The notes beneath the pieces were generated by a model. The model saw nothing but the letters and a program-made list of their open reading frames with translations. It was not told where the DNA came from and searched no databases. The position numbers were made by a program, and so were the translations under genes. From NCBI GenBank assembly GCA_018398765.1, contig JAHBMJ010000180.1:1-54812 (forward strand): DNA of 54,812 nucleotides, in the 5' to 3' direction. Numbering within the stretch: the first letter of the stretch is position 1; each line of letters begins with the position of its first letter. Positions 21,848-32,903 of the stretch are shown here, piece by piece. Source of the stretch: Chromera velia. Lineage: Eukaryota.

Positions 21848-24665
21848 ATGTCTGCCGCGCTCGAGGAGCCGATCAGGCAGTTCTTTCTGCTTATCATGGG
21901 GTCCATGGTCAGTTGCTGTGGCCACTTCCCTCATTTCTTGATTACCGTGCCTTTCCTGTGACTCCTTGATGACAACTGCTCATCGCATGCGTTGTGCTGG
22001 GACACCGTTGTTGCCTGCAGGTGTTCATGATGCAAACTGGGTTTGCATTCTTGTGCGCGGGACTGATCCAAGAGAAGAACGTCGTCAATATCTTGATCAA
22101 GGTGAGTGACTGATTGAGCTAGTGGCTGAATTTGTTGCCCCAGCTTCATGCCGAGGCTTCACCCACACAGTCCTGCGTCAGGGCGTTCCATCCATCCGTG
22201 CAGGGAGCAAAACAGACACTGGACCAAGCCCTACTTCCGTATACCATCCATCCGAGCCCTTCGCATACGGTCTTGAATCTGTGATTGCTGTCTATGTGCA
22301 GAACCTTCTGGACGCCTGTGTCGGCGCAATCCTCTACTGGCTCATCGGCTACGGTCTCGCTTACGGTGATGGTGTCCCAGGCAACGCTGCAGATGGGACT
22401 TTCTTGGGAACAACAAAGTTTGCCCTGTACAACGCAACAGACAGCGACTACGCAGACTGGTTCTTCCAGTACACTTTCTGTGCGACTGCTGCGACAATCG
22501 TTTCGGGTGCACTCGCAGAGAGAGTCAACTTCTACGCCTACATCTGCTACTGCATCTTCCTCACCGGGTTCGTGTACCCCATTGTGACCCACTGGGGCTG
22601 GACTTCGACCGGGTATCTGACAACTCTTGGATACGTGGACTTTGCAGGTGAGTGAGTGGCTGTCTATCTGGGAAGTGGGTGTGTGATGAGGGAGCGAGGG
22701 GGATCGAAAGGGGAAGGAGGGAATGAATGAATGAATGAATGAATGAATGAATGAATAAATGAATGAATGAATGAATTAGGGAGTGAGCAGGGAAGCGAGT
22801 GAGTGAGTGAGTGAGTAAGTAAGTAAGGGAGGGAGTAAGTGAGTGAGTGGGTGAGTGAGTACGCCTTGAAAGAAATGTTTCCGGAAGGATTTCGATGGCT
22901 TCTGTCTTCCTTTCAGTGTGATGAGAGAATGAATGAGTGAGTACACCAGCTTGTCTGCCTGCGTATCTCTCTGCAAGCTTTCATGTGGATTCGCTTCACA
23001 AACGTAATGTACATTGCATCATGAGAATGCAGGAAGCGGCCTTGTACACTGTGTGGGTGGAACCGCTTCTCTGGTCGGAGTGATCATTCTTGGGCCCCGA
23101 AAGGGACGATTCTCTTTTGAGAACGGAAGGAGAGTCGTCAACGAAATCCCCAGACACTCTGTACCCTTCGTTGTCCTCGGAACTTTCATCCTCTTCTTCG
23201 GTACGTCGATCTGACTGTAGGTACTCACGTGGTGGGTTGGTTGACTCTTCCTTCTTTGTTCCTTCTTTCTTCCCTTGCTTCATGTGTCTGCCCTTTTGCT
23301 TATTTCTTCGCTCTTCGATCGTATGTCCATCTGTACAAATCACCTTATATGTATTTGTTTTCCCGAAAGCAATACCAAGAATGCCCGAGGCGTCCCCTCC
23401 AACTGCAAGATCATGCAAGAAATTATGTAAGAACGAAATCGACGAAAAAAACAACAAGGAAAGAAATCAAACAGTTCTCCATCAAGAAGAAGTGCGTCGG
23501 TGTCTCACTGAACTACAGTCGACGCATTCTTTCTCTACTCTATCCGTACCCCTTTCTTTCTACCCGTTTCCCTGTTTTATCACGCTTTTGAAACAACGAA
23601 AGCAACGGTGCATTAAACAATTGTCCAGAATTCTTGCCACAGAATCGACTCGAGGTCATGTTTTGTGTGTCTGTCTGTCTGCCCTCTTTCTTTCTGCTGT
23701 CTGAATTAATGAAATAAATGCCTTCATGCAGGCTTCCTGGCCTTCAACGGTGGTTCTGTGCTCAACATCGCCTCGACTGCCGATGCTGTGGCGGTGATGA
23801 AGTCCGTGATCAACACGATCATCGCGGGGGCTGCCGGATGCATTTTCTCCCTTTTCTTCTCCGCCACTTTGACCAAGTACTCAAAGTACTCCCTCATCGA
23901 CGCGTCAGTCGGTCATACAAAATAGAAAATAGGGGGTTGCAAATTGATGTAGACAGACAACAGATAGACAACAGGCACGAGACACAATTCTCGGTCAGGC
24001 CGCCAAACAGCCAATCAATCATGTAGACGACAGAAAGAACAGAAATCAAAATATCTGTCAGCAAGCCGTGACGAAAAGACAGCCACTTGTCTTCTTCACA
24101 ATTTTTCATTTCGACGTTCTTGTGTTCTTCTTTCCTGACTTTCTTCTTTGTTCCTGCAGCTGCTGCGGCTGCCTTGGGGGTATGGTTGCCATCTGTGCCT
24201 CCGCAAACGACGTTGAGATCTGGGCAGCCCTGATCATCGGAGGCCTTGCAGGGATCTGGACGATCTACTTCGCGTCCCTGATGCAGAAGATGGGACTTGA
24301 TGACCCTGTGGACGCGGTGAGTTCGTGAGTGAGTGGGTGTCTTTTCTTTCCGGTCTTGCTCATTGGGTCTGTTTGTTTTGGTCGACTTCGTTCGCATAAA
24401 AGCGGTGCGCATGCGGGACTGTGATGTGAGGGACGTCATGGATTTTTCACTTTTTGCTCGTAGAAGAAGGGCGTGTGTCTGACAGGATATAAAAGCGAGA
24501 GACAGCGAATACGGTCCGGCAACAAGTGTGTGCATGCCCAGTTGATTTCATGCTGGTCCGTCCAATCTTTATTTACCATATGTATTTGCGTTTGGGAACT
24601 GTATTTCTGTATATCGGTCTGCCTGAGCTTCCATCTCCCCCCCCCCCTCTCTCTCTTTCTCTCTT

Positions 24666-24705
<40 letters not shown>

Positions 24706-25124
24706 GCACACACAGAGTCACTCAGTCATTCTTCTCCTCACTTTCTCTGCCTCACTGTGTCCATCTATGCCTCTCTGTCTCTCTCCGTGGTTGCATGCCA
24801 TCAGGTCGCCGTCCATCTAGCGGGCGGTGCCTTCGGTGTGATCATGCAAGCGTTCTTCTCGAAGTCGTATGGAATCTTCTACGGAAACAGCGATGGTGGC
24901 AGACAGCTCGGCTACCAGGTTGCCGGGCTGTGCGCAATCGTGGGGTGGACCGCCGTCACCCTTGGAGTTGTCTTCTTCCTCTTGAAGATTATCGGTCCGT
25001 TGCAAGGGTGGTGTTTCTCTGGCTGGCCGTCTTCCTGCATCACTAAGAGTTTTTTTCTAGTACCCCCTCAGTTTCTATTCTTGTCGGTCCCTGTTATGCC
25101 GTCATTCCCTCTTCCGTGTGTGTT

Positions 25125-25155
<31 letters not shown>

Positions 25156-25342
25156 ACAATTATGTGTGTCTGGATGCGCAGGACTCCTGAGAGTGAAGGA
25201 GGAGCTCGAAGAGGCGGGCCTGGATGCCGCCAAGCACGGAGAAATGGCTTACAACATGGAAAGATCCTTCTACAGAGGAAGCGGCTCAGGACCCCAGCAG
25301 AAGGTGGAGGCTGTCCCGGAGTCCGCTGAGGTGGAAGTCTAA
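21848..25342 (+). CDS. AMT: Ammonium transporter (Amt/Mep/Rh family), 8 exons
   Basis: Exons 21848-21907, 22021-22101, 22302-22647, 23033-23200, 23732-23903, 24160-24316, 24805-24994 and 25182-25342 splice in frame. Motifs: [73 protein letters not shown]. Confidence 0.95.
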
Positions 25343-27397
25343 ATGCATCCTTCCTTCCTTCCTTCGTTTGTTTCGTTTCAATGTTGTTCTTCTTTCTTTC
25401 TTTCTTTCTTCTGTGTCTGTCTGTGTCCCTTGTCGGATACCTCCCCTCCCCTTCGACCCCTCTCTGCACGCAGTTGCATCGACAAAATGATGTCGGAAGG
25501 AGAAGAGACAAAAAAAAACACGGAGTGCAGACAAGGCGCAAATGAGGTGTGCAAAGAAGATCAAACAGGCACAAACCAACGACCTGCTGTACATACAGGA
25601 GGCTGTGGCGGGAATCAACCTTTTGCTTCCCTGCTATCTCCTCTTACACAGACATCCACACAAGCGACGGTCGAAACAAAAAAAGCCTTGAAGCAAAGCC
25701 GGCACACGTGCCAACACAGGTCAACTTCTAATTATGGCGTCCATGCACTCATACTACAAATTCGCTATTCAATGTCAATAAATTCATTGAACATTTTCAC
25801 CTTTCGGCAAATCTTCTGCATGCGTCGAGTGCTGTAGTAAATAGACTTTTCGATCTGTCCAGGGGGAAAAGAGGGGGAGCACATGCGTACAACCGCCGGA
25901 ATAGGAAGAGAAAGAGAAACAGAGAGAGGGAGGGAGGGAGAGCTGGCACGTTCTTCCTGTTCTTCGTCGGAATCTCTCTCTGGCTGTCTCTTTTGCTATC
26001 CATTGCCATGCATTCATTTATTCTCTCCTCTTCTTTTCTAGCCCGATAAATGAAATGAATCTTCAGATCGACTGGCAACACAGTTTTGAAGCTGCTGCTG
26101 TCTCTGTGGTGCGTGAACTGGGTGGGTGGGTCCCGGGGGGATGCAGAAGGAAAGAATAAGAAAAGGCAGTAACGCGATCGACAAGAGAAAACCAGTTGAG
26201 GCTGAGGGACGCTTAAGTGTGGGTCCCGACGACCAACTGATACAACACACACCACAGAGAAGTTCCACAGGAGCGCTCTTTCTTCCCTTCATTCTGGTGA
26301 CAATTCTTTCTTCTTCTTCCCCCAGGAGAAATGGCAGAAAGAAGTGAGTGAGGCAGTGGGGGGAGAGTGTCATTAATGCCCTTTCGCTCCCCCAATGTGA
26401 ACGAGGCGTCTCGAAAGAGCCTTGCCCACATGATGGAAGAGAGTAAGCCTTGAACAAAGAAAGGAAGGAAGAAAGGAAGGAAGAAAGGAAGGAAGGAAGG
26501 AAGGGGGCCTGATCAAAACCAAACTCTTTCCTTTCCCTTCTGTCGTCGAAGAGATGTGAAAAAAAACGGCCGGTCGGTCAGAAAGTCGAGAGAGAGAGAG
26601 CAAATAAATAACTGAAAACACAGCATGGGTGTCTGCGAAGAAAAAGGGAGGGAGAGGCCTTGCCGCATGGGCCCTCTCTGCTCTTTTCTTGTCTACTTGT
26701 TGGTTGCCCAAAGCGGTAGCCACCCAATGACGTGACTGTGTGTGTGTGTGTATGTATGTGAAAAACCTCTAAGTGGCAAGTGAATGCGGAGATGTAGGGA
26801 GAAGGCTCGACTTTTCTGTCAGTAGCGAATCAGCTTTCGATCATTTAACCGATGTTCCCCAAGATCGACCAAACAGTCTGGTACACTGGTAATTAACGCT
26901 GCACCTTGCATCTTGAACCGTCTTTTGTTAACAGGATTGAGGTCGGCCTTCCTTCACTTCCAAATTCGTGCGACGTACTCGAATAATGAGTCGAATTCAT
27001 TCATTCATTCATTCAATATTTCTCACGAATTGATCGCTCGATCGTCGCTTGCTTTCTTTTGTTTTGTTTCCTGCATGAAAGTGCTTTGGTCAGTGCATGC
27101 ATCATCGAATTAAGTCAAACGTACACGGGCACGTGCTGATGGTCTGTCACTAGGTCTGTCAATCATACAGACGCAGTCAGAGTGACTGTCCGATCGATTG
27201 CAGTGTTTTTCGCATACATGAGTTGTCTGGTTAACTTCCAACTCAAGCAAACCAGGATGAGAGAAAAACCGGGGAACGATTTACCAGGTTCAAACATATT
27301 TGACAAGACATGCCACACTTCATGTAGGCGGGATGAACGTTACATTCGGAGCACTTCAGGCATGCATGGCTTTTTGCTGCGTTTACGGGGCATTGAT

Positions 27398-28152
27398 TTA
27401 AAGTTTGTTCCTAGCGTCTAGCCTATACGTCTTTCATCTCTTCCTTCTGTCCTGGTTACTGCTCTCGCTGCTAGCTTTCTCTCTCATGCGACCTCATGCT
27501 TGACGCTCCTCCACCCGAATGCCTTCTTCGGCATTTGCTAGGTACTTCCTACCCCTCAGTTATGACCAGCGCACTGCCTACTCCTCCTTCCTCCCAGCCC
27601 TCCCCCTGCACTCCTCTGGTCCCCCGAATGCACGCGCTTGCCGCTTTCAGGTGGGCAATCTGCAGTCGGGCTCGGATCCGGCCGCACGTCTTGCTCACGT
27701 GTTGCCCCCATTTCTCACTCAATCGCTCTGCCACCCTCTTCAAGAACATCTTTGCCTCCCCCTCCATCGTCCCGTCGACCGCACTCACGAGTGGAGTGAA
27801 GTCGCACCCTCTGTCCACGCTTGCCTGCCCATGTTTCCTCTTCTTTTCTTCTGCTGCTGCTTTGAGGGTTTGAGTCCAGGTCACCTTCTCCCTCGAGGTG
27901 GCGTGTGGGTTTATCACCCTGGTATCGAAAATTGTCAGCCTTTGTGGAGCATAGGCCCCCCGGACTTGGAAGTCCCCCCTTAGCGCCAGACATCCCTGTA
28001 CCTCCCCTTCCTCCCTAATGATCGGCTCCTTTGCGTGGACCGCTCCCGCGGGGTATGCTTCTGCTGCTAGACTCGCCCACGTACGGTTGACTTCGTCATG
28101 TCGTAGCGTGGGCAGTCCCCCGACTGGGCAGTTCAGGGCATGTTGCAGACTC
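27398..28152 (-). mobile_element. 5'-truncated RLE-type (CRE-like) non-LTR retrotransposon: zinc-knuckle end, restriction-like endonuclease and 3' UTR
   Basis: Open frame from ~28150 to TAG 27549: [21 protein letters not shown]...LRGDFQVRG...[13 protein letters not shown]...EEKKRKHG...[12 protein letters not shown]...[20 protein letters not shown]. The 3' 400 bp is shared with 44189-44588. Confidence 0.85.
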
Positions 28153-29541
28153 CTGCGTTTAGCATGTACATAAGGACATAAACGCTAGCAAAAACGTACA
28201 AATTAAATCGTTAGTAAAACATGTTTCCTAGCATGTTTCCTATATTAATTTATCATTTAACATTGTATAGTTCTATTGCTTTATTCGCTATTGCGTCTAG
28301 TATTGCATAGGCCACTGCTCTCACGACTAGTCTCACGATTTGATTACTATAGAATGAATAATTTAAACTAGAATCTAACTAGGAATCTAAATTCTTTAAT
28401 TGTTATTCGGATAACTCCTGATGATATGCATGCTGCGTGCATAGATTTAAATTTCAAGTTCAAAGTTCTATCTAAATAACTACTTAAATTTTTATAACTT
28501 CAAAAAACTTATTTAAAAAAATGTTTAAACTTTAAAACACTTATATTTCCGATAAGTATTCCCGGTAGCCAACCGCAGGAAAAACCTACAGCACTCATGT
28601 TATACTATACCTGCAAGATAAATTAAGAAGCGTACGCCAAACGCCATTATAGTATATGATCGTATATCATTATTATCATATCTACTACTAGACTACTTTA
28701 GTCGTATATGCATTCCAGCATATAATGAAACGCATTAATTTCCCATCCTAGTTTCCGTCCATATAATGCTCACTGCATATATACACCCGTGAATTAATTT
28801 ACTGATCGGGAGGCTGTTTCCTCCACATATCTTCGCTCTGTCAGGCATGACGCGCACTCCAGCGTCCTCGCCGTCCGGAGTGCTCCCCTCAGGTCGCCCA
28901 CGCAAAACAGAGAGGCTGAGAGAGCACAATTTGCGTGGAGAAAAAGACGAGACAAAAGAGGTCACACTGTTGAATTCAATCTTTCATGCAATCATGCATG
29001 CAGAATTAAAGCGGGGAAGAACAGGTGGTCGAAGACATCGACCACGCAGACAAAATACAAAGACAGCTAGGCAGGCCTCAACAACGACAGACAAAAGAAG
29101 AAGAGCCACTGCAATGACTACGCACAGTTCAATTAATGTGCTTGTGCAAGGTCCAGCCACAGGCCCCACAGATCGACCCATTTGATTTCCCCTCCATGAC
29201 TTCGGATTCTAAAAGCTTTTGATTTTTTACTTTAATTCATCAGACGGCCGGGCACAGCCAGACAGATAGATAGACAGAGAGACAAAGAGACAAAACGTTC
29301 CTGCATCGCCTGCAGGTCCAACTCCGGCACCCCAGATTAGTCGCCTGATTCCCCCCCCCTTCTTTTTCCTGTGTTCCCTCCCACCCCAGTAGAGCTACTC
29401 ACTTCCTCCCCTCTCTCCTGTCCTTCTGCTAATTCACTCACCCCCACCTACAAGATAGAATGCACAGACAGAGAAACTGACAGACAGTCTAACGATTGAA
29501 TTGAGTGCATCTTTTCTTCTTCTCTTCACTCCTCTCTTCAA

Positions 29542-31861
29542 CTAGAGTTCTTCCCTCACGGGCTGGTCTTTCTCCTCCCACTCAATTCCCACAATGTACC
29601 TCATGATCTTGCCCAGCATGTCCATTGCTGTGATTGCGGGGTGGGCGTGGTCTTCGTTGTAGTCCAACTCCATCTTTTCTATCCCCCTTTGACCCTCCCT
29701 GGTGACCCACACCTCAATGTACGGAAAATACTTCACATTGTAGCAAGGCGTGGAGCCGCAATCGATTGTTGCTACCTTTGCAACACCCTCCGCCTTCTGT
29801 GCCACTTTCCGCAAAGCTGATTGAACTCTATGACATGGGGGGCAACCAGGTTTGTAAAAGTCCGCAATCCAGACAGACGAGATCGAACCAGGACCCCTCG
29901 ACTTTCCCGTTTTTACCACAGGCTGCGACACCCTCTTTTCCAACTCTCTGATCGATTTGGCCTGCACGACTAACTGACGGGCAGATTCCTTTGCGGCCGT
30001 GAGAAGAGTCTTGGGGTCCATCGGACCTCCGTACTCTTCAAAGTCAAACCCTCCTGCGCCGAACTGGTTAGGGGGGAATACGTAGACGACTCCTGCAAGT
30101 AACATGAGGAGAGAGCAGGATATTCTTTTTGCCCTTATTCTTGTCAGAACTTCTTGGGAGATCGTCCAGCTGGTTGGGTGAGGGGGCAACGACAACTCTT
30201 GCAAGATAAGAAAATTCGAGAATCGCCTTGCGAATAAGATTGAGATGTACACACACACACACACACACACACAGACACACACACACACACGAACGAAGAC
30301 AGAGAGAGAGGGAGAGATGCAAGACCTCTGTTTCCGCACCGTCCTCTGCTTCTTTTACATACACACCAGACAAGGGACAAGGGAAAAGAAAAAAAGAAAA
30401 GGAGGAAACCAAAAAAGGAAAAAAGAAGAAACAGATCGCGCGAGCTGTGTGTGTGAAAGAAAGGGAATCCGTGTGTCTGTGTGTGTGGAATAGAAAACAA
30501 AAGCACCCTTCATGAAGGAGAACAGAAAAGCAAGGGAGATGACAAAAGGGCAGCGAGGGAGGAAGGGAGGGAGGAAAGGGAACAAAAAGATCGACGCAAG
30601 AAAGAAGTCCATGCAAGGGACGAACGGACCGTAGTGGCTGACGCCAAATCGGTGGCACTGCCGGACATCGAAAGCGCAGTTGACGGCTCCGATTCGAATT
30701 TTGTTGAATTTCGGGTTGTCGTGAGTCATCTTGGCTGCTGCTGCGAGTTTGGGCATGTTCTGCAACAAGTACCGAAGGGCAAGCAGTAGGCAGCAGGGAA
30801 AACAAAATGGGATAGCTAGGGATCAACCCAGGTGGTCACACATGCATGATGAAGAGTCAGTGACTGTCCGAGGAGGGCGAGGCCACTCAACCCGGCTGGA
30901 CGAAAGGGCGGGGGGATGAGGTCGGAGAGCGGGGAGGAAAGAGAGGAAACGCTTACGAAAGAAGGTGGACAGAAGGACAAAGGAGACCAACAAAAACGAA
31001 ACGAATGGGCCAAAGGGCAGGCACAAATTGAGTGACAGAGCTCGGGAAAAGCAGAGGCAAAAAAAAGCAACGGAAGGAAAGGAGGAGGGTTGAAGAGGAC
31101 GTGAGGTCAGCAAGGGGGTGTGTAGGGGGNGGGGGGGGGGGGGGAATAGATGGAAAGACAGCAGGGGAAGACAGTGAGGCAGAAAAATGTTCGGTCACAG
31201 CAAATGGATTCCTTGAGGTAGAAACGAGGTATCCGGAGATACTTTACGGACTGAAAAGGCGTCCAGGAGGAGACAGAGAGAGAGAAACTGGCAAGCCGCC
31301 CGCAGGAACAGGGAGAGAGACGGAAGCATGTGGTGATCCTCAATCCAATTCTGCACGGGGGGCAGCAGGGCGCAAAAAAAGGCTGTGACTGACCGCATGA
31401 CAGCCCCCACAGTTTGGATGATAAAAGGTGACCAGCCAGACGTTTTCACTCCGTGTGAGCAGTTCATCGATGTTTGCTCTCCACATCAGAGCAACATAAG
31501 GCTTCCCCTTGTACAGATCTGACAGTCTCATACTCCGAAGTTGCGTGGCGTAGTCCTTCACCTGCTCCCACTTCATTCCTGTCCAGTCATCATGACCGTA
31601 CTCGTCATATATTGATTTCGATGACGCATCTGAGAGGATCTCATAGGCAGCGGCAATTTCCGAGAATATCCTCTGAGCATCTTTTTCTTTGTTTTTGTCT
31701 GGGTGATATTGCATGGACAGTTTTCTGTATTGTTTCTTGATGTCACTTATTGTCGCCCCCCTGTCCAGCTGCAACACTTTGTAAAAGTCTCCGCTTGCCA
31801 GCGACCTCCAGAAAGAAAGGAATTTGACAAGCAGACATAACAGAACTGAATGGTTCCACAT
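29542..31861 (-). CDS. ER-luminal DnaJ plus two thioredoxin domains (ERdj5/DNAJC10-like)
   Basis: Exons 31861-31394, 30759-30630 and 30092-29542 splice in frame. Hydrophobic signal peptide, J domain with HPD, thioredoxin motifs CGGC and CPPC, C-terminal REEL (KDEL-like). Confidence 0.9.
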
Positions 31862-31974
31862 TGTCGGAACCGAACAACAGCTGGCTTGGAGGAAAAAGAT
31901 CAAGTACCAAAGCCAACTCTCCGTCTACCTGGGAGGTGAAAGGGCGGGATGAACAGTAAAGAGGACCTCTCTTC

Positions 31975-32200
31975 GCGACATGCATGCAGCTCTCGTAGTG
32001 GAATGCTTTGCTCTAACAGCTTGCCTGTCGTGTTTGGACAATGTTTGGACAGCGGATTAATTGTCAAGTGCGAAAGTAGATTTTGTGACACTGAGGCAAG
32101 CTGCATGGACCCTCAGTACGAGCGCATTTTGCGCGCGACGAATATAGCCCGATGCCGATGCATGCAGGACCCGCGCGGCCCGGCGGCGCGCGGCCACGGG
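31975..32200. promoter_or_regulatory. Putative divergent promoter between the DnaJ-Trx and ZNFX1-like genes
   Basis: TGCATGCA at ~31981 and ~32159; GC box CCGCGCGGCCCGGCGGCGCGCGGCC at ~32171. Confidence 0.45.
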
Positions 32201-32903
32201 TCCGAGTTATTAAAACGCGCATTCGAATTCACTGCAGCTGGGCTATGCTTGCTAGACTTGAGAACTGTCAGATTCAAGCAATGAGGGATCCATTCGCTCC
32301 ACTGAGATGATGCTGGAACTCTTGACTGTAGGGGTCCTTAGCAAAGCGTTACCAGAAGGAGGGACAGCTTGATTGATATTTGTGGTGTTCAGCACCTAGC
32401 TGTCTGCATGAGAGAATCCGGCTGCCTCGTTTGCACTCTCTCGACGTAGGAGCCTTTCCGACGACAACCTGAACGATGAAAACGAAACGAGGGAATTTTA
32501 GATTGTGAGCAGACACAAATTTATAGAGATGCGGCTTTTTTGTATAGAAGATCACCCAAGAGAGCCGTGGCACAGCGCAGTGCTTTGTGAGAAATAGCTG
32601 ACCTATCAATGCCGTCTCCGACTTTTGCCATCCAACGTATTTCGTTTCAACTGAACATGCCATGTGCCGTCTCACACCTCCTCTATCACATGCATTGAAT
32701 GCAGCCGCAAGAAGAGAAGGGAGGATGGGAATCAAGGAAACGGACAAGGGCGGGCCGTCCTGCGAAGCGCACAAGAAGTTGGGCAGGCTTCTCGAGGACC
32801 CCAACAAAGTTCCCTTCCGGGCCCGAGGGTCATCCTGCAGCAGAATCCGCAGGCCCACGCGGCACTTCAGCAGAGGCCAAATGAGGGCCAGAGACACGTC
32901 TCC

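Noticed and set aside
31125..31145. Poly-G tract containing an N as a G-quadruplex or other functional element
   Set aside because: It is intronic with an ambiguous base, so the length is probably an assembly uncertainty.
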